A stretch of 64,000 nt of DNA from an uncultured Prevotellaceae bacterium (GCA_902779665.1 CACZCN010000014.1:1403-65402); one strand, 5' to 3'; positions 19,261-29,800 are shown, counted from the stretch's first letter. Notes: generated by a model from the sequence alone, not told the origin. Numbers and translations are program-made.

Positions 19261-20265
19261 TTAGAACTGCTCCAGAATAGCGATTCTCTTTGCTGTATCT
19301 GGATGCGTGGCAAAAAGTCCGGAGAAGAAACTTGACAAGCCTTCCGCAAACGACTGGGGATGAATGATAAAGAGCTGTGCTACATCATCTCGCTTCACGT
19401 TCTGAAGACCGGGATTACCGCTTATCTTACGCAAGGCAGAGGCAAGGGCAAGAGGATTGCCGCATAACTCTGCACCTCCTGCATCTGCCATATACTCTCG
19501 CTTGCGAGAAATGGCAAAGCGGGTAACCATCGTGAAGAAATATCCCACGAAGCATACTACAGCAGCAATACCGAGTATGGCAACAATACCAAGACCGTTG
19601 TTCTTTCCGTTTCGGCTTCTGTTTGACAGAGAGCCCCAAAGAAGATTACGCTGGAACATATTCCATACGAGAGAGGAAAGAGTGGCCAGAATACCCACGA
19701 ATACGATACTCGTAATCAAAAGTCGGGTGTCGCGGTTTCTAATATGTGTAAGCTCATGACCGATAACGCCTGCAAGTTCCTCGTCGTCAAGGAGATCCAG
19801 AAGTCCTGTCGTTACGGTGACAGTATATGAATTCTTGTCAATGCCAGAAGCAAAGGCATTCAACTGAGGGTCGTCAATAATGTTGATTTTGGGCATATCC
19901 ATACCACACACCATAGTAAGATTCTCCACGATATTATATACACGTGGATTGTCTTTTCGCAATAGGGAATGGGCACCAGTTGCACGCTTCACCATGGATG
20001 TATTGCAGAAATAGGCTATGGTAAACCACACTCCCACTCCACCAACAAGCCAAGGTGCAGCTTGTGTGAACGACATATTGACAACTTCCGGCTCCATGAA
20101 ATGCTGTACCTCTCCATACTGATTGTATGTGCCGTTACCAAAATAGTTCAAGGCAGCAAGAAATACCCACAGCATGGCCATGAGTATACATGGGAAGGCG
20201 ATTAGCAACAATATACTGAGCTGATTGTTGCGCGTTATCTGTGTCTGTAGTCCTACGTATCTCAT
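19261..20265 (-). CDS. htpX: M48 family zinc metalloprotease HtpX
   Basis: NAFASG, GHELTH, SRKREYMADA, THP; paired with lemA. Confidence 0.92.
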   Translation of the reverse strand: MRYVGLQTQITRNNQLSILLLIAFPCILMAMLWVFLAALNYFGNGTYNQYGEVQHFMEPEVVNMSFTQAAPWLVGGVGVWFTIAYFCNTSMVKRATGAHSLLRKDNPRVYNIVENLTMVCGMDMPKINIIDDPQLNAFASGIDKNSYTVTVTTGLLDLLDDEELAGVIGHELTHIRNRDTRLLITSIVFVGILATLSSLVWNMFQRNLLWGSLSNRSRNGKNNGLGIVAILGIAAVVCFVGYFFTMVTRFAISRKREYMADAGGAELCGNPLALASALRKISGNPGLQNVKRDDVAQLFIIHPQSFAEGLSSFFSGLFATHPDTAKRIAILEQF

Positions 20266-20828
20266 TAGAAATTAATCTCTGGAGCCTTCTCGTGTGCGGC
20301 ACGGTCGCTTACAGGAATCTCGAACATAGGCTCTTTCTTGAAACCGAACATACCGGCAATGATGTTGCTTGGGAAGCTCTGAACAGCTGTATTCAACTCT
20401 TTTGTGGCAGAATTGAAGAAACGACGAACAGAAGCGAGTTTGTTCTCGATGTCAGAAAGTTCGTTCTGTAACTGAAGGAAATTCTGGTTCGCCTTGAGGT
20501 CTGGATATGCCTCCACAGCAACACGAAGACCAGAAAGAGCAGCACCGAGAGCATTGTCAGCCTGTACACGGTCGTTGATAGATGTTGCATTCATGCAAGC
20601 AGAACGAGCAGCTGTTACCTTCTCAAGAAGTTCGCGCTCGTGGGCTGCATATCCTTTTACGGTAGCAACCAACTGTGGTACTAGGTCATAACGCTGCTTG
20701 AGCTGAACGTCTATATTTGCAAATGCGTTCTCGCGGTTATTACGAAGTTTTACAAGGTTGTTGTACATGCTGATGAGGATCAAGGCGATGATCACTACAG
20801 CTGCGATGATAATAATTGTTGATGTCAT
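20265..20828 (-). CDS. lemA: LemA family protein
   Basis: MYNNLVKLRN, QLKQRYDLVP, AYPDLKANQNF, FPSNIIA; start ATG 20828. Confidence 0.95.
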   Translation of the reverse strand: MTSTIIIIAAVVIIALILISMYNNLVKLRNNRENAFANIDVQLKQRYDLVPQLVATVKGYAAHERELLEKVTAARSACMNATSINDRVQADNALGAALSGLRVAVEAYPDLKANQNFLQLQNELSDIENKLASVRRFFNSATKELNTAVQSFPSNIIAGMFGFKKEPMFEIPVSDRAAHEKAPEINF

Positions 20829-20849
20829 GTTTAATAGAAAATAGTGTGG

Positions 20850-20885
20850 CCTTTTCCCCGCCCTCCCCCTTAGGGAGGGAGCCGG
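20850..20885. repeat. C/G-rich REP-like palindrome
   Basis: CCCTCCCCCTTAGGGAGGGAG upstream of lemA. Confidence 0.55.
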
Positions 20886-20938
20886 ATTGCGAAAAGGCAA
20901 GGTTTAACTTCTTAATCTCTTGATTTCTTTCAGAAAAA

Positions 20939-20983
20939 GGCGCAATGTCATAAGGAATCGCGATTTCCTCACAACATTGCGCC
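20939..20983 (-). terminator. terminator after secG
   Basis: GGCGCAATGT...ACATTGCGCC stem. Confidence 0.65.
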
Positions 20984-21009
20984 CAATGTTTCTTTTGAGA
21001 GTCGGTCTC

Positions 21010-21381
21010 TTACTTCTTCTCCTCTGCAGGAGATGCAGGAGTAGCCTGCTGAGCATCAGCTGCAGGTGCAGGAGCTGCACCGAAGCCCTGAACGTTGTTA
21101 GGGTTTGTTGTGCTCTGCTCTGTAGCAGCCTTCTCGATAACGCTACTTTCAGAAACAGCATTAGGTGCAACGTATGCACAGATAACGCTGATGATAACCA
21201 TAGCAGCAGCGAGAGTCCAAGTGGTCTTCTCGATGAAGTTTGTTGTCTGGCGAACGCCAAAAGAAGAGTTTGCGCTACTGAAAGCGCTGGCGAGACCGCC
21301 GCCCTTTGATTCCTGGATTAGTACGATACCAATCATACAGAATGATACCAGGACAATCAGAATTACGAATAAAGTGTACAT
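21010..21381 (-). CDS. secG: preprotein translocase subunit SecG
   Basis: VLIQESKGGGLASAF, NFIEKTTW, Ala/Pro-rich tail. Confidence 0.93.
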   Translation of the reverse strand: MYTLFVILIVLVSFCMIGIVLIQESKGGGLASAFSSANSSFGVRQTTNFIEKTTWTLAAAMVIISVICAYVAPNAVSESSVIEKAATEQSTTNPNNVQGFGAAPAPAADAQQATPASPAEEKK

Positions 21382-21423
21382 CTTTAATTTAAATTATAAT
21401 TTAATGTTATTGTTATTTCCTTT

Positions 21424-22179
21424 TTATTTTTTCTGTCCGCTGTTGACGATAAGTTTCTCGAGAAAGCGGATTTGGTCTGCAAAGTAAGCATTTTTTTTTG
21501 GAATATTCAAATTTAAACGCTTAATAATCTCTAAAGCCTTCAAATATCTGCCCTGTTTTATGTAAATTCCAGCCAAAGTCTCGGTCAGATACTCATCTTC
21601 GGGCAGTTTTTCACTATCTTCAGGCTCCGATGAAATCTCGGGTTTATACTCAAGTTCCTCTTGCAATTCGAATCCGTCGCCTTTGATGAAGGTGTCAATA
21701 AGTTCCTGTCCTTTCATCTCTGGTTTCTTTGTCTCTACCTTACTTGATTCTTCCTCAAAGTCGACAGCTAGAAGGTATGCCATATAATCTACGGTCGCAT
21801 CAACTGCAGTCGGCTTTCTGAGATTTCCCTTCTCCTCGGTCTTCTGGCCGTCATTTTCCTCCATATCGGCAGGAATGGACGAAAGGAAGTTGTCGATGAG
21901 CGACATAGTACGGTTGCCCTCGGGTACCTGTATCTGTGGGCGCTTGAGTTTGTAGTGTGCTGCCTCTACAAGATTGAATATAACCCTGCGGTCTGTGATG
22001 TAAACAGCAGCACGGCGCAGTTCCTCATCGAAAGTAGGATCGTGAAGCAGATAGAGATTCTTGAGCATAAGCAGACGAGCCGTCTGATAGTACGGATAAA
22101 GTGCTATCAGACTTCGCAGGTCGTAAAGGGTCTCCTTATTGAGCTGCTCTGGATGTTTTATAAGTTCTGTTAAGTTCAA
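21424..22179 (-). CDS. conserved Bacteroidales protein with C-terminal TPR
   Basis: YPYYQTARLL; TETLAGIYIKQGRY...PKKNAYFADQIRFL; sits between lptE and secG. Confidence 0.8.
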   Translation of the reverse strand: MNLTELIKHPEQLNKETLYDLRSLIALYPYYQTARLLMLKNLYLLHDPTFDEELRRAAVYITDRRVIFNLVEAAHYKLKRPQIQVPEGNRTMSLIDNFLSSIPADMEENDGQKTEEKGNLRKPTAVDATVDYMAYLLAVDFEEESSKVETKKPEMKGQELIDTFIKGDGFELQEELEYKPEISSEPEDSEKLPEDEYLTETLAGIYIKQGRYLKALEIIKRLNLNIPKKNAYFADQIRFLEKLIVNSGQKK

Positions 22180-22210
22180 TCTTATTGTTAATTACTAATT
22201 ACCTATATGC

Positions 22211-22256
22211 TTTACTCTTTACACTTTCAACTTTATACTTTATACTTTCAACTTTC
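22211..22256. repeat. heptamer tandem array
   Basis: TTTACTC TTTACAC TTTCAAC TTTATAC TTTATAC TTTCAAC. Confidence 0.8.
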
Positions 22257-22795
22257 TACCAATTCGCTACCGTCGCATTAAATATCTGGTCACAGATATC
22301 CTTACACATCTCATTTACAAGTTCTGCTTGAACGGAGTTTAGGGATTGACTACTTTCGTAAGAACGTGAGGCGGTAAACTGTTTCTCAAAGTCCTCTGAA
22401 TGGTTCACCTTGTTAGTAAAGCGAACATTTACGGTCATTGAAAGTTCTGCCATAGCAGAGTATCCTTCATGAGTAGCTCCTTTGTTCCTCAACTGATACT
22501 GCGTTATCTCGCCTTCAATCTTCAGGTCGCCGTTACGACGCACCTGTATCAATCGGGTGTGGTTGGCAAACTTGTCCTTCAATTCATTATTGAATATAGG
22601 TCCCATTTCTCCCCATACGTATGATGAGCGTATTGGGAAGTCTGCTATCTGTATGGTCTTTGTCTTTGTATAGTCAATGCTTGAACCATTGAAATCGTAT
22701 GACACCTTACAAGATACTATGGTTGCAAACATTACGATTGCGCATGCTGCAAGACAGAATATATAATAAGGAGTCTTAATCTTCATTGAGTCCAT
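22256..22795 (-). CDS. lptE: LptE-family LPS assembly lipoprotein
   Basis: Lipobox IVSC; SYDFNGSSIDY; DQIFNATVANW. Confidence 0.85.
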   Translation of the reverse strand: MDSMKIKTPYYIFCLAACAIVMFATIVSCKVSYDFNGSSIDYTKTKTIQIADFPIRSSYVWGEMGPIFNNELKDKFANHTRLIQVRRNGDLKIEGEITQYQLRNKGATHEGYSAMAELSMTVNVRFTNKVNHSEDFEKQFTASRSYESSQSLNSVQAELVNEMCKDICDQIFNATVANW

Positions 22796-24020
22796 ACTGT
22801 TTTATTTGTCTGTAAAGAGTACGGTCTGAGATACCTAACTCTGCTGCCGCCTTTTTTCTGTTACCGCCATTACGTTCCAATGCCTTCTGCAAAAGGGTAC
22901 GGCGTACATCGGTAATGTTAAGAACTTCCGGCTCCTGCACTTCCTCCGCAACGGCATATTCCATTTGCTGTGCACTAGGAGAATATGGCTGTCCCTGCTG
23001 CATATTCGGAACATATCCCTGTGGAATCTGCTGCGTATTACCCGAATAGCCTGACATCTGCTGTGGCATAGCCGATGGATTGTCGAGCTTGTCCCGAAGT
23101 CCGTTGAGCTCACGACGAAGGTCACTAACGTTACCCTTCAGGTCGTAGAGTATCTTATACAGAAGTTCGCGCTCACTCTCGTATGAATGGCTGTCGCCCG
23201 ATGAAAGCGGAGCAAGCATAGTGCTCTCTGGGTCAACAGGAATAAACTTCTTCAGTTCTTCTTCATCCACCATCCTCTCACGACACAACACCGACATCTG
23301 CTCTGTGATATGCTTGAGCTGACGTATGTTTCCCGGCCATTTATACTTCATCAGCATGAGTTTTGCCCCATCTGTAAGCTCTATGCGAGGCAGACGGTAT
23401 TTCTCTGCCATCTGCATGGCAAACAAGCGGAACAACAATACTATATCGTTGCCACGGTCACGCAATGGTGGCATCTGGATAGGAATGGTATTAAGACGGT
23501 AATACAAATCCTCACGGAAACGTCCCTCGCTGATAGCCTTGCGTACATTAACGTTTGTAGCTGCCACTATACGCACATCCGTTTTTCTTATTGCTTGACC
23601 GCCCACGCGAATATATTCGCCAGTTTCCAGCACACGAAGCAGTCTTGCCTGAGTAGCCATCGGGAGTTCGCCTACCTCATCAAGGAAAATCGTTCCCTTG
23701 TTAGCAATGCCGAAATAGCCTTCGCTCTCGCCAATCGCACCGGTGAAAGCGCCTTTTTCGTGTCCGAAGAGTTCGGAGTCGATAGTGCCTTCTGGAATGG
23801 AACCGCAGTTTACGGCGAAGTAACGCTCGTGTTGTCGTGGTGACAAATCATGAATTACACGCGGAATGATTTCCTTACCCACGCCACTCTCGCCCTCGAT
23901 GAGAACGGAGAGATCTGTGGATGCAACCTGAATGGCAACATCCAAAGCACGGTTAAGAGCATCGCAGTTGCCCACGATGTTATATCTGCGCTTTATGTCC
24001 TGAAGCTCTACGGTCTTCAT
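22776..24020 (-). CDS. sigma-54-interacting AAA+ regulator with Fis-type HTH
   Basis: GESGVGKE, ELFGHEKGAFTGA, FREDLYYRL, WPGNIRQL, C-terminal HTH; no receiver domain. Confidence 0.93.
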   Translation of the reverse strand: MKTVELQDIKRRYNIVGNCDALNRALDVAIQVASTDLSVLIEGESGVGKEIIPRVIHDLSPRQHERYFAVNCGSIPEGTIDSELFGHEKGAFTGAIGESEGYFGIANKGTIFLDEVGELPMATQARLLRVLETGEYIRVGGQAIRKTDVRIVAATNVNVRKAISEGRFREDLYYRLNTIPIQMPPLRDRGNDIVLLFRLFAMQMAEKYRLPRIELTDGAKLMLMKYKWPGNIRQLKHITEQMSVLCRERMVDEEELKKFIPVDPESTMLAPLSSGDSHSYESERELLYKILYDLKGNVSDLRRELNGLRDKLDNPSAMPQQMSGYSGNTQQIPQGYVPNMQQGQPYSPSAQQMEYAVAEEVQEPEVLNITDVRRTLLQKALERNGGNRKKAAAELGISDRTLYRQIKQYGLNED

Positions 24021-24050
24021 ATCTTTTTTGTTTGGACGTTTAGGGGATAT

Positions 24051-24108
24051 GTTTAGAGTTTAGTGTTGAGTTTTATTTCTCAAACCTCTAACCCCTCAAC
24101 TCTAACCT
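24051..24108. repeat. 7-bp-period inverted array
   Basis: GTTTAGA GTTTAGT GTTGAGT ... CTCAAAC CTCTAAC ... CTCTAAC. Confidence 0.65.
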
Positions 24109-24109
24109 T

Positions 24110-25204
24110 TTATTCATTATTACCAGAGGCTTCGCTATTTGCAACCTCCTCATTAGCTGACAGAGAGACATCTTCATCCTTCTGCTCATCATCCACAGGA
24201 TGTTTCTTCACGGCAAAGCGTACCTTTTCACCGTCCTCACGGCGCTCGTGGTACAACTTTGGCAGAGGATCAACGTATGGCAGGTCGAAGAAATAGCGAC
24301 TGCGATATACATCTATACATGTGTAGATGGCCTCACGGAAAGAATCAACCGTGGCATTGTTGTCGCCGTCAAGTTTTACTGGCGAAACAACCAGAGGTGC
24401 TATGCCCGCAGCCAATACTATTCCATTACCTTCATACATGGAAAGGAATGGAGCCTGAGCCTGTTCGCGTGTCATTGTAAGAACGGCATCAAAGCTAAGA
24501 TGCTTGCCTGTCTCGAAGAAATCGGCATAAGAGTATGGTCCGAAGACTGGAATGCCGGTATTTACGAGTTTGCTTACGGCAGGAGCGATGACCTGAAGCT
24601 CTATGGAGTTCTCGTCAGGCTTTATCTCAGGATTAAGCGACAGAATTGCCACACGTGGATTGTCCTGACGAAGGTCACGCCTCAATGTACTATGCAAGAT
24701 ACGAGCCTTGTTCTCGATATTGTCAGCCGTAATGCCTGATGTCTCGTTGTTTCCGGCAACCACGTATGCCACACGCAACTGATTGGTACACATCAGAGGT
24801 ATTGCCTTTATATCGTTCTCCTGACGTTTTACGACAGGATTCGGTATCACAGCATTACGGAGTTGGTTCGTTATCTCCCTTGATATAGGCACAACGACAA
24901 AGGCATCCAGCAGGTCTGCCTCAAACTCTCTCTTTACCACCTCTACAGCATTACGACCGTTGAGATCGACAAAATTGAGGGCGTCAGGGTCAGCCTGTGA
25001 TGCGTTGCCTACGATCAATGCGTTATATCTTATCTGCAAGCGACTGCTTTTCTGCTTGAGCATGTGCAGGGAACCATACACCACAGGAGTGAATATCTCC
25101 AAAATCTCAGGCTCGAGAAATGTCTCAAGTATGAGATCGTATGCATGGGTGCTATTGTCGTCAAGCACTATCGCTATGCGAATTTTCTTGTTAAGTTCGT
25201 TCAT
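24110..25204 (-). CDS. pdxA: PdxA-fold protein, divergent (metal ligands missing)
   Basis: PRVAILSLNP, PVFGPY, SFREAIYTCID match PdxA; syntenic rlmN-pdxA-activator; start ATG 25204. Confidence 0.75.
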   Translation of the reverse strand: MNELNKKIRIAIVLDDNSTHAYDLILETFLEPEILEIFTPVVYGSLHMLKQKSSRLQIRYNALIVGNASQADPDALNFVDLNGRNAVEVVKREFEADLLDAFVVVPISREITNQLRNAVIPNPVVKRQENDIKAIPLMCTNQLRVAYVVAGNNETSGITADNIENKARILHSTLRRDLRQDNPRVAILSLNPEIKPDENSIELQVIAPAVSKLVNTGIPVFGPYSYADFFETGKHLSFDAVLTMTREQAQAPFLSMYEGNGIVLAAGIAPLVVSPVKLDGDNNATVDSFREAIYTCIDVYRSRYFFDLPYVDPLPKLYHERREDGEKVRFAVKKHPVDDEQKDEDVSLSANEEVANSEASGNNE

Positions 25205-26216
25205 ATATCTTCTTGGTACTAAGCAACCCGCATGCAGCAAATATATCCTGTCCTCGGGATGCTCTTATTGTTGTAAAGATGCCATGCTGTGTGAGATAGT
25301 CGCGCAGCACCTCCATTTTCTTCTCGTCGGATGTCTTCAAAGGCACATCAGGAATCTGGTGGAACCTTATCAGATTGATTCTGCAATCCAAGCCCTTCAG
25401 CAGATTGACAATTGCACGTGCATGAGTCATGGAATCGTTCAAACCGTCAAATACGATGTACTCGAATGACAGTCTTCTCTGATGTGAGAAGTCATATTGT
25501 CTTAGCAATTCCACTATCTCCTCAATGCCCATACCCTTTTGTGCCGGCATCAGCGTGGCACGCTGTTCGGAAATCGGTGAATGCAGACTAATTGCAACGT
25601 GACATTCGCTTTCATCGAGGAATCGCTTCAGTTTGTTGCGCACCCCCACGCTGCTCACCGTTATTCTCTTAGGGCTCCAGGCATATCCCCAATCTGCCGT
25701 CAACACCTCCGTTGCACGAAGCACGTTGTCGAGGTTGTCCATCGGCTCGCCCTGTCCCATGAAAACGATGTTTGTCAGGCGTTCTGCCTCTGGAAGTGAG
25801 TATATCTGGTTGAGAATGTCAGCCGCAGTAAGCGAGCCTTCAAATCCCTGCTTGCCTGTCTGACAGAAGAGGCAGTTCATCTTACAGCCCACCTGACACG
25901 ATACACACAAAGTTGCGCGGTCCTTGTCGGGAATGAAGACGGTTTCCACGAACTTCCCTGAAGCAACAGGAAACAGATACTTGATAGTACCGTCAACCGA
26001 ATACTGGGCATCAATATGCTCCATTACACCGATGCAATACTGCTCTGCAAGCTTTTCGCGATTTGCCTTTGAGATATTCGTCATCTCTTCAATATCACGA
26101 ACATGGGAGACGTAAATCCACTTCGCAATCTGTCCTCCGGTGAAAGCAGGCATTCCAAGGGAGCGAGCAACTTCCTTGAGTTCTGCAAGTGTCATTCCGA
26201 GTAATGGAGTCTTCAT
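25191..26216 (-). CDS. rlmN: dual-specificity RNA methyltransferase, radical SAM
   Basis: CVSCQVGCKMNCLFC, VFMGQGEP, ISLHSP, RGQDIFAACG; start ATG 26216. Confidence 0.96.
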   Translation of the reverse strand: MKTPLLGMTLAELKEVARSLGMPAFTGGQIAKWIYVSHVRDIEEMTNISKANREKLAEQYCIGVMEHIDAQYSVDGTIKYLFPVASGKFVETVFIPDKDRATLCVSCQVGCKMNCLFCQTGKQGFEGSLTAADILNQIYSLPEAERLTNIVFMGQGEPMDNLDNVLRATEVLTADWGYAWSPKRITVSSVGVRNKLKRFLDESECHVAISLHSPISEQRATLMPAQKGMGIEEIVELLRQYDFSHQRRLSFEYIVFDGLNDSMTHARAIVNLLKGLDCRINLIRFHQIPDVPLKTSDEKKMEVLRDYLTQHGIFTTIRASRGQDIFAACGLLSTKKIYERT

Positions 26217-26256
26217 ATCTTTTTTGTTTTGCCCAGCACACAAATTCGAATCGATT

Positions 26257-26335
26257 GCAACGAGCGAGGCATCCTCGCACGCAGTAAAAGTGCGTGTCTG
26301 CTATCAATGCAGGCGCACGTTTCAATTTTGCAAGT
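26257..26335 (-). ncRNA. promoter-anchored 79-bp structured element, copy C (rlmN leader)
   Basis: On - strand follows TAACTTTGC and ends CGTTGC; shares ACGTGCGC...ACACGCAC...CGAGG(A)TG core with 48352 and 58462. Confidence 0.65.
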
Positions 26336-26336
26336 G

Positions 26337-26344
26337 CAAAGTTA
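26337..26344 (-). promoter_or_regulatory. -7 box TAACTTTG for the rlmN operon
   Basis: Reverse complement CAAAGTTA. Confidence 0.7.
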
Positions 26345-26545
26345 CAAAAAATCTGCCAAATTGACAAGCCTTGGCGACATTTTTTCGTATTTTTTATAAA
26401 AGAAAGGTAAAAATGATTAGAAAAGAAACAATATAAGTTCGTTATTGTTCGTGTGGAATGGCGCTTCTGCAACAACTGTAATCTGTAAGAACTGTAAGAA
26501 TTCACGACTCAGCGGACAACTATTGCATGAGTGAGAAAAAATTAT

Positions 26546-26553
26546 TACCTTTG
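26546..26553 (+). promoter_or_regulatory. -7 box TACCTTTG with no immediate CDS
   Basis: TACCTTTGCA followed by about 180 bp of GC-richer non-coding sequence. Confidence 0.5.
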
Positions 26554-26778
26554 CATTCGGGATGAGGTGATAGCTGCTGGGGTTATGGGTGTTAAGTGTT
26601 AGCGGTTGCATAAATATAACGAAAGTCCGATGTGCCTTCGCCATGCCTCCGCTATGGCTCTGCTATTATAGCAGAGGATTAGCAGAGCGAAAGCCTCCTG
26701 TGTCCTTGGGCAATGCAGAGTCATGGGGGGGTAAGTGCTAAAATATGTAAAAAATTAGCATATTCAACATTAATTTCG

Positions 26779-26786
26779 TACCTTTG
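26779..26786 (+). promoter_or_regulatory. -7 box TACCTTTG for the GT2 fusion operon
   Basis: About 35 bp before ATG 26822. Confidence 0.65.
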
Positions 26787-26821
26787 CCAAATATAATCCT
26801 AAATTTGAACTAAAGACAATT

Positions 26822-29800
26822 ATGCAAAATAGAATAGACAAATTCTTTTCCTCTGACGATGCCGTAGCCGTCATGCCCTTGGTCGGTGGAATGGCTTCTT
26901 CCGAAACTATATCCAAGATCAGCTCTCTCGCTACTGCCGCCTATGTACTCCTTTCACAAAAGGAAACACCTGTATCCATCGAGTCTGACGCCTTGCACCG
27001 ACTTATCTCTGCTGCCGATAACACAGGTGCGGCTATGGTATATGCCGACCACTATACCGTTACGGAAGGCAAGACGGAGAAACATCCTGCAATCGACTAT
27101 TTCATTGGTTCTATTCGTGATGACTTCGACTTCGGACAGCTCCTTCTCATCCGCACATCCCTACTCCATGAGTTCGTTTCAGAAGCCAAGACGGAATATA
27201 AGTTTGCAGCTCTCTATGCCCTCCGCCTGTTCCTTTCACGCAAGGGTGAGATATTCCACCTGAACGAGTATCTGTATCGTGAGGAGGAACTTGACACCCG
27301 CAAGAGTGGCGAGAAGCAGTTTGACTATGTGAACCCTCGCAACCGTGAGGTGCAGATAGAGATGGAACGTGCTGCTACCGAGCACCTTGAGGCTATTGGT
27401 GCAAAGGTAGATACCTCAAAGCGTATAATCCCCGACTTCGATGAACAGGAGTTCGAGACAGAGGCGTCTGTCATTATACCTGTTTTCAATCGTGCAAAGA
27501 CCGTGGCTGATGCTGTGAAGAGTGCTTTGTCGCAGACTGCAAAGTTCAAGTACAATATAATTGTTGTTGACAATCATTCTACCGATGGAACCACGGAGAT
27601 TTTGAGTGAATTGTCTTCAAACCATCAGCTTGTACATATCATTCCTGAGCGTACAGACCTCGGAATAGGCGGTTGTTGGAATCTTGCTGTGAATGATCCA
27701 CGTTGCGGACGCTTTGCCGTACAGCTTGATTCTGACGACCTGTATTCAAGTCCTAACACGCTTCAGAAGGTTGTAGATGCCTTCTATCAGCAACAGGCAG
27801 CAATGGTTATAGGTGCATATCGAATGTGCGATTTCGACCTTAACACCCTCCCTCCAGGCATTATCGATCACAAGGAATGGACCGATGAAAACGGACCAAA
27901 CAACGCTTTACGTATCAACGGATTAGGTGCGCCTCGTGCATTCTTTACTCCAATACTCCGCCATATCGGATTCCCTAATACAAGTTATGGCGAGGACTAT
28001 GCCCTCGGACTTGCTTTCTCACGTATATATCGCATAGGTCGTATCTATGATGAGTTGTACCTTTGCCGTCGCTGGGGAGGAAACTCGGACGCTGCCCTTT
28101 CCATCGATAGAATCAACGCAAACAACCTATACAAGGACAGATTACGTACTATGGAGATTATAGCGCGTCAGGCTATGAATCAAGGCAAGGTGACGGATGC
28201 AGATAGCGCATTGAACCGCTTCTTCGAACGTCAGCTTATAGTATGGAGCGATGCAGAGAAACGCTATAACGACCTCAGAAACGTGAAGGTTAAGGCTTTA
28301 GGCGATGTTAAGGTGCAGTTCAATCCTGCGAGGATGGTTTCAACGGGCGCAAAGATTGACAAGGCATCACTTGAGAAACGCCCTTGCTTCCTTTGTCGTG
28401 AGAACCGTCCAAAGCAACAGATGGTGCATACAATAAGGAATTCTCAGGGCGCACCTGTGCTTGAGCTTCTCGTAAATCCATTCCCTATCCTTCCGCAGCA
28501 TTTCACCCTTGCAAGCACGGAGCACGAGCCACAGGCAATAGCCGCACGATATGGCGAGATACATCGTGTATTGACAAAATACCCGGAGTTAATGGTATTC
28601 TATAATGGTCCTAAGTGTGGTGCTTCTGCTCCCGACCATCTTCATCTTCAGGCAGGCACTTCAGGAATAGTGCCTCTACAGACACAATGGAAGCGAATAT
28701 CACATAACCTTACACCCGTGCAGCAACTCTCCGAAACAGAGAGCATCAGTCTTGTGACGGACTATGTTTGTCCGGCATTCGTAATTAGAAGCCAGAGTGT
28801 AGAGGGAGATAAGAAGCTATTCAAGCGTTTCTATAAGGCATTCGCATATCTTTCTCAGAATCAAGATGGTGAAGAACCGATGATGAACATTCTGGCTTGG
28901 CGTGAGGACAAGGATTATGTATCAGTTATCATTCCTCGTGCAAAGCATCGTCCTGATTGCTATACGGCTGAGGGAAATGCCCAGTTCATCGTATCTCCTG
29001 GAGCCCTGGATATGGCAGGTCTCATCATAACTCCACGACAGGAGGACTTTGACCGTATGACGCAGGATACTGCCTATGGCATTCTTCAGGAAGTCGGTGT
29101 AACGGCTGATTTCGCAAAGAAACTTGCCGATGAAATCGCATCTCCTGACAATAGCCAACACCTAACACCCAACACCCAGCAGCCTGAGGTTAAGGTGGGC
29201 ATTATAAGTGCTACGAAGATAGAATTCACACTCAACACACCATATACAGCAAAGGGCAAGGAAATCACAGGTCCGCAGGTAGTGGAGTTCTCGGAGGGTG
29301 GCATTCTATGGAATGGCAATCAGTATCAGCATCTTACCTTCCGCCCAACACCTAACACCCAACACCCGACACCTAATTTCTCAATTTCCGACGTAATCAT
29401 CGGTGTGAACTTCCATTGGGAGCGCAAGCAGACACAGACTTTCGTCGGTACTCTGAGACTGGTTGTTGAAGAGGATAAGATATGTGCTATCAACGTGTTG
29501 CCTGTTGAGCGATACCTTGAAAGCGTTATTTCAAGCGAGATGTCGGCAACATCAAGTCTTGAACTTCTAAAGGCTCATGCCGTTATCTCACGTTCATGGC
29601 TTCTTGCCCAGATAGAAAAGCGTAACAGACTTCAGAAGTCAGCCAACTCTTTCTTCTCATTCACTAAGAAAGATGATATGCTTATCCGTTGGTATGACCG
29701 TGAAGATCACACTATATTCGATGTTTGTGCCGATGACCATTGCCAACGCTATCAGGGCATTACACATGCGGCTAATCCGCACGTAATTGAGGCAATAAAG

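Noticed and set aside
26455-26515. Cobalamin riboswitch (ACTGTAA)
   Set aside because: Three CTGTAA repeats without the GGGAA/B12-box elements; looks like short tandem repeats.
26619-26640. RNase P RNA (GAAAGTCCG)
   Set aside because: Only the short motif matches; the other conserved RNase P blocks are absent and the space is too short.
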